From NCBI GenBank assembly GCA_022813865.1, contig JALDZX010000052.1, positions 62,001 to 126,000 of the forward strand: a DNA stretch of 64,000 nucleotides. Direction: 5' to 3'. Numbering within the stretch: the stretch's first letter is position 1; each line of letters begins with the position of its first letter. The notes below the pieces were generated by a model. That model was given only the letters and a program-made list of their open reading frames with translations, was not told the origin of the DNA and ran no database searches. Position numbers and translations under genes: made by a program. This DNA is from Xylographa opegraphella. Taxonomy: Eukaryota. Below are positions 63,401 to 64,000 of the stretch, piece after piece.

Positions 63401-64000
63401 ACACTCTAACCAACATGTTTGCAAAGTCAGGTTCTTTCTTTAGCGGTAAATCGCAGACTCAATTGGCTCCCGAGTCGACCCGTCCGCAAACGGAAAAGAG
63501 ATACCCGCCCACAAGTATGAAAGGGCCTATTGCATCGAACAGTCCCCGACAATCTACAGATTCGAGGCGACCATCTTTCAGTTTCAGCCGCAAAAATAGT
63601 GATCCCGCAAAAGCTGATAAGCCACGGAGATTTTCACTGCTGCCGGCGTCCTTTTCTCTCAAGAGCATGACGGCTGGAGCCAAAGATCAGAACTCCGACT
63701 CCTCGAGACCCATGTCTCAGCGGCAGCAGTCATACGGGCAGCAACCGCAAAGTACGGGGTATGACAGGGGTGCAAGCCAGACAGACAGCGAGGAGAGTAT
63801 TCCCGCCTATGATGGCGTTAGCAATGGGAGTAGAAATGTATCTGCTCCATTATCTAGGCGAACAGATCCTTCGATACGCGGTACACGCAATGCAGAGCCA
63901 TTGCAACAGCCTCCATATCTGTCGCCGCAGTACGAGTCTTCTCAGATCAGTTCGCAAAGCCGACCAGCGCCACCAGGACAATCCTTCTTCATCAACGAAA
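60435..64000 (+). CDS. Kin4/Ppk1/KfsA-like Ser/Thr protein kinase (CAMK group), 3' end beyond the window
   Basis: LGEGEFGKVKLG, VAIKLIRR, HRDLKLEN, ITDFGFAN with a long activation-loop insert, [48 protein letters not shown]. Introns at about 62160-62210 and 62507-62563. Confidence 0.9.

Noticed and set aside
1..64000. CRISPR arrays, intact transposons, secondary-metabolite cluster
   Set aside because: No repeat-spacer arrays, transposase or reverse transcriptase ORFs, or PKS/NRPS core genes seen. GH76, amidase and MFS are adjacent but show no evident shared pathway.

Overview
Gene-dense, intron-containing nuclear DNA from a filamentous ascomycete (Pezizomycotina). Short GT-AG introns with CTRAY branch sites support this; a lichen-forming Lecanoromycete is a guess. 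The window holds about 21 protein genes, mostly housekeeping: 3' end of RBM8A/Y14, HMT1-type ABC transporter, RTC1/SEA2, a DJ-1/PfpI protein, a forkhead factor, cactin, an EDEM/Mnl1 GH47 mannosidase, cytosolic PheRS alpha, GH76, a secreted amidase, a DHA1 MFS transporter, WC-2, RAD50, an HMG-box protein, urease, MCR1, a PTH11-like membrane protein, a spartin-like protein and the 5' part of a Kin4-like kinase. The standout is a tRNA-Leu(CAG) gene at 32443-32600. It appears to carry a 66-nt spliceosomal-type intron (GTAAGC...TTGAC...C13-AG) inside its anticodon stem, plus a normal 11-nt tRNA intron at 37/38. It folds into a canonical cloverleaf only when both are removed. RAD50 also has unusual splicing: a start codon split by an intron, a 2-nt microexon and a GC-AG intron. 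Gene identities come from motif recognition by eye and exon boundaries are hand predictions; no database searches were run.
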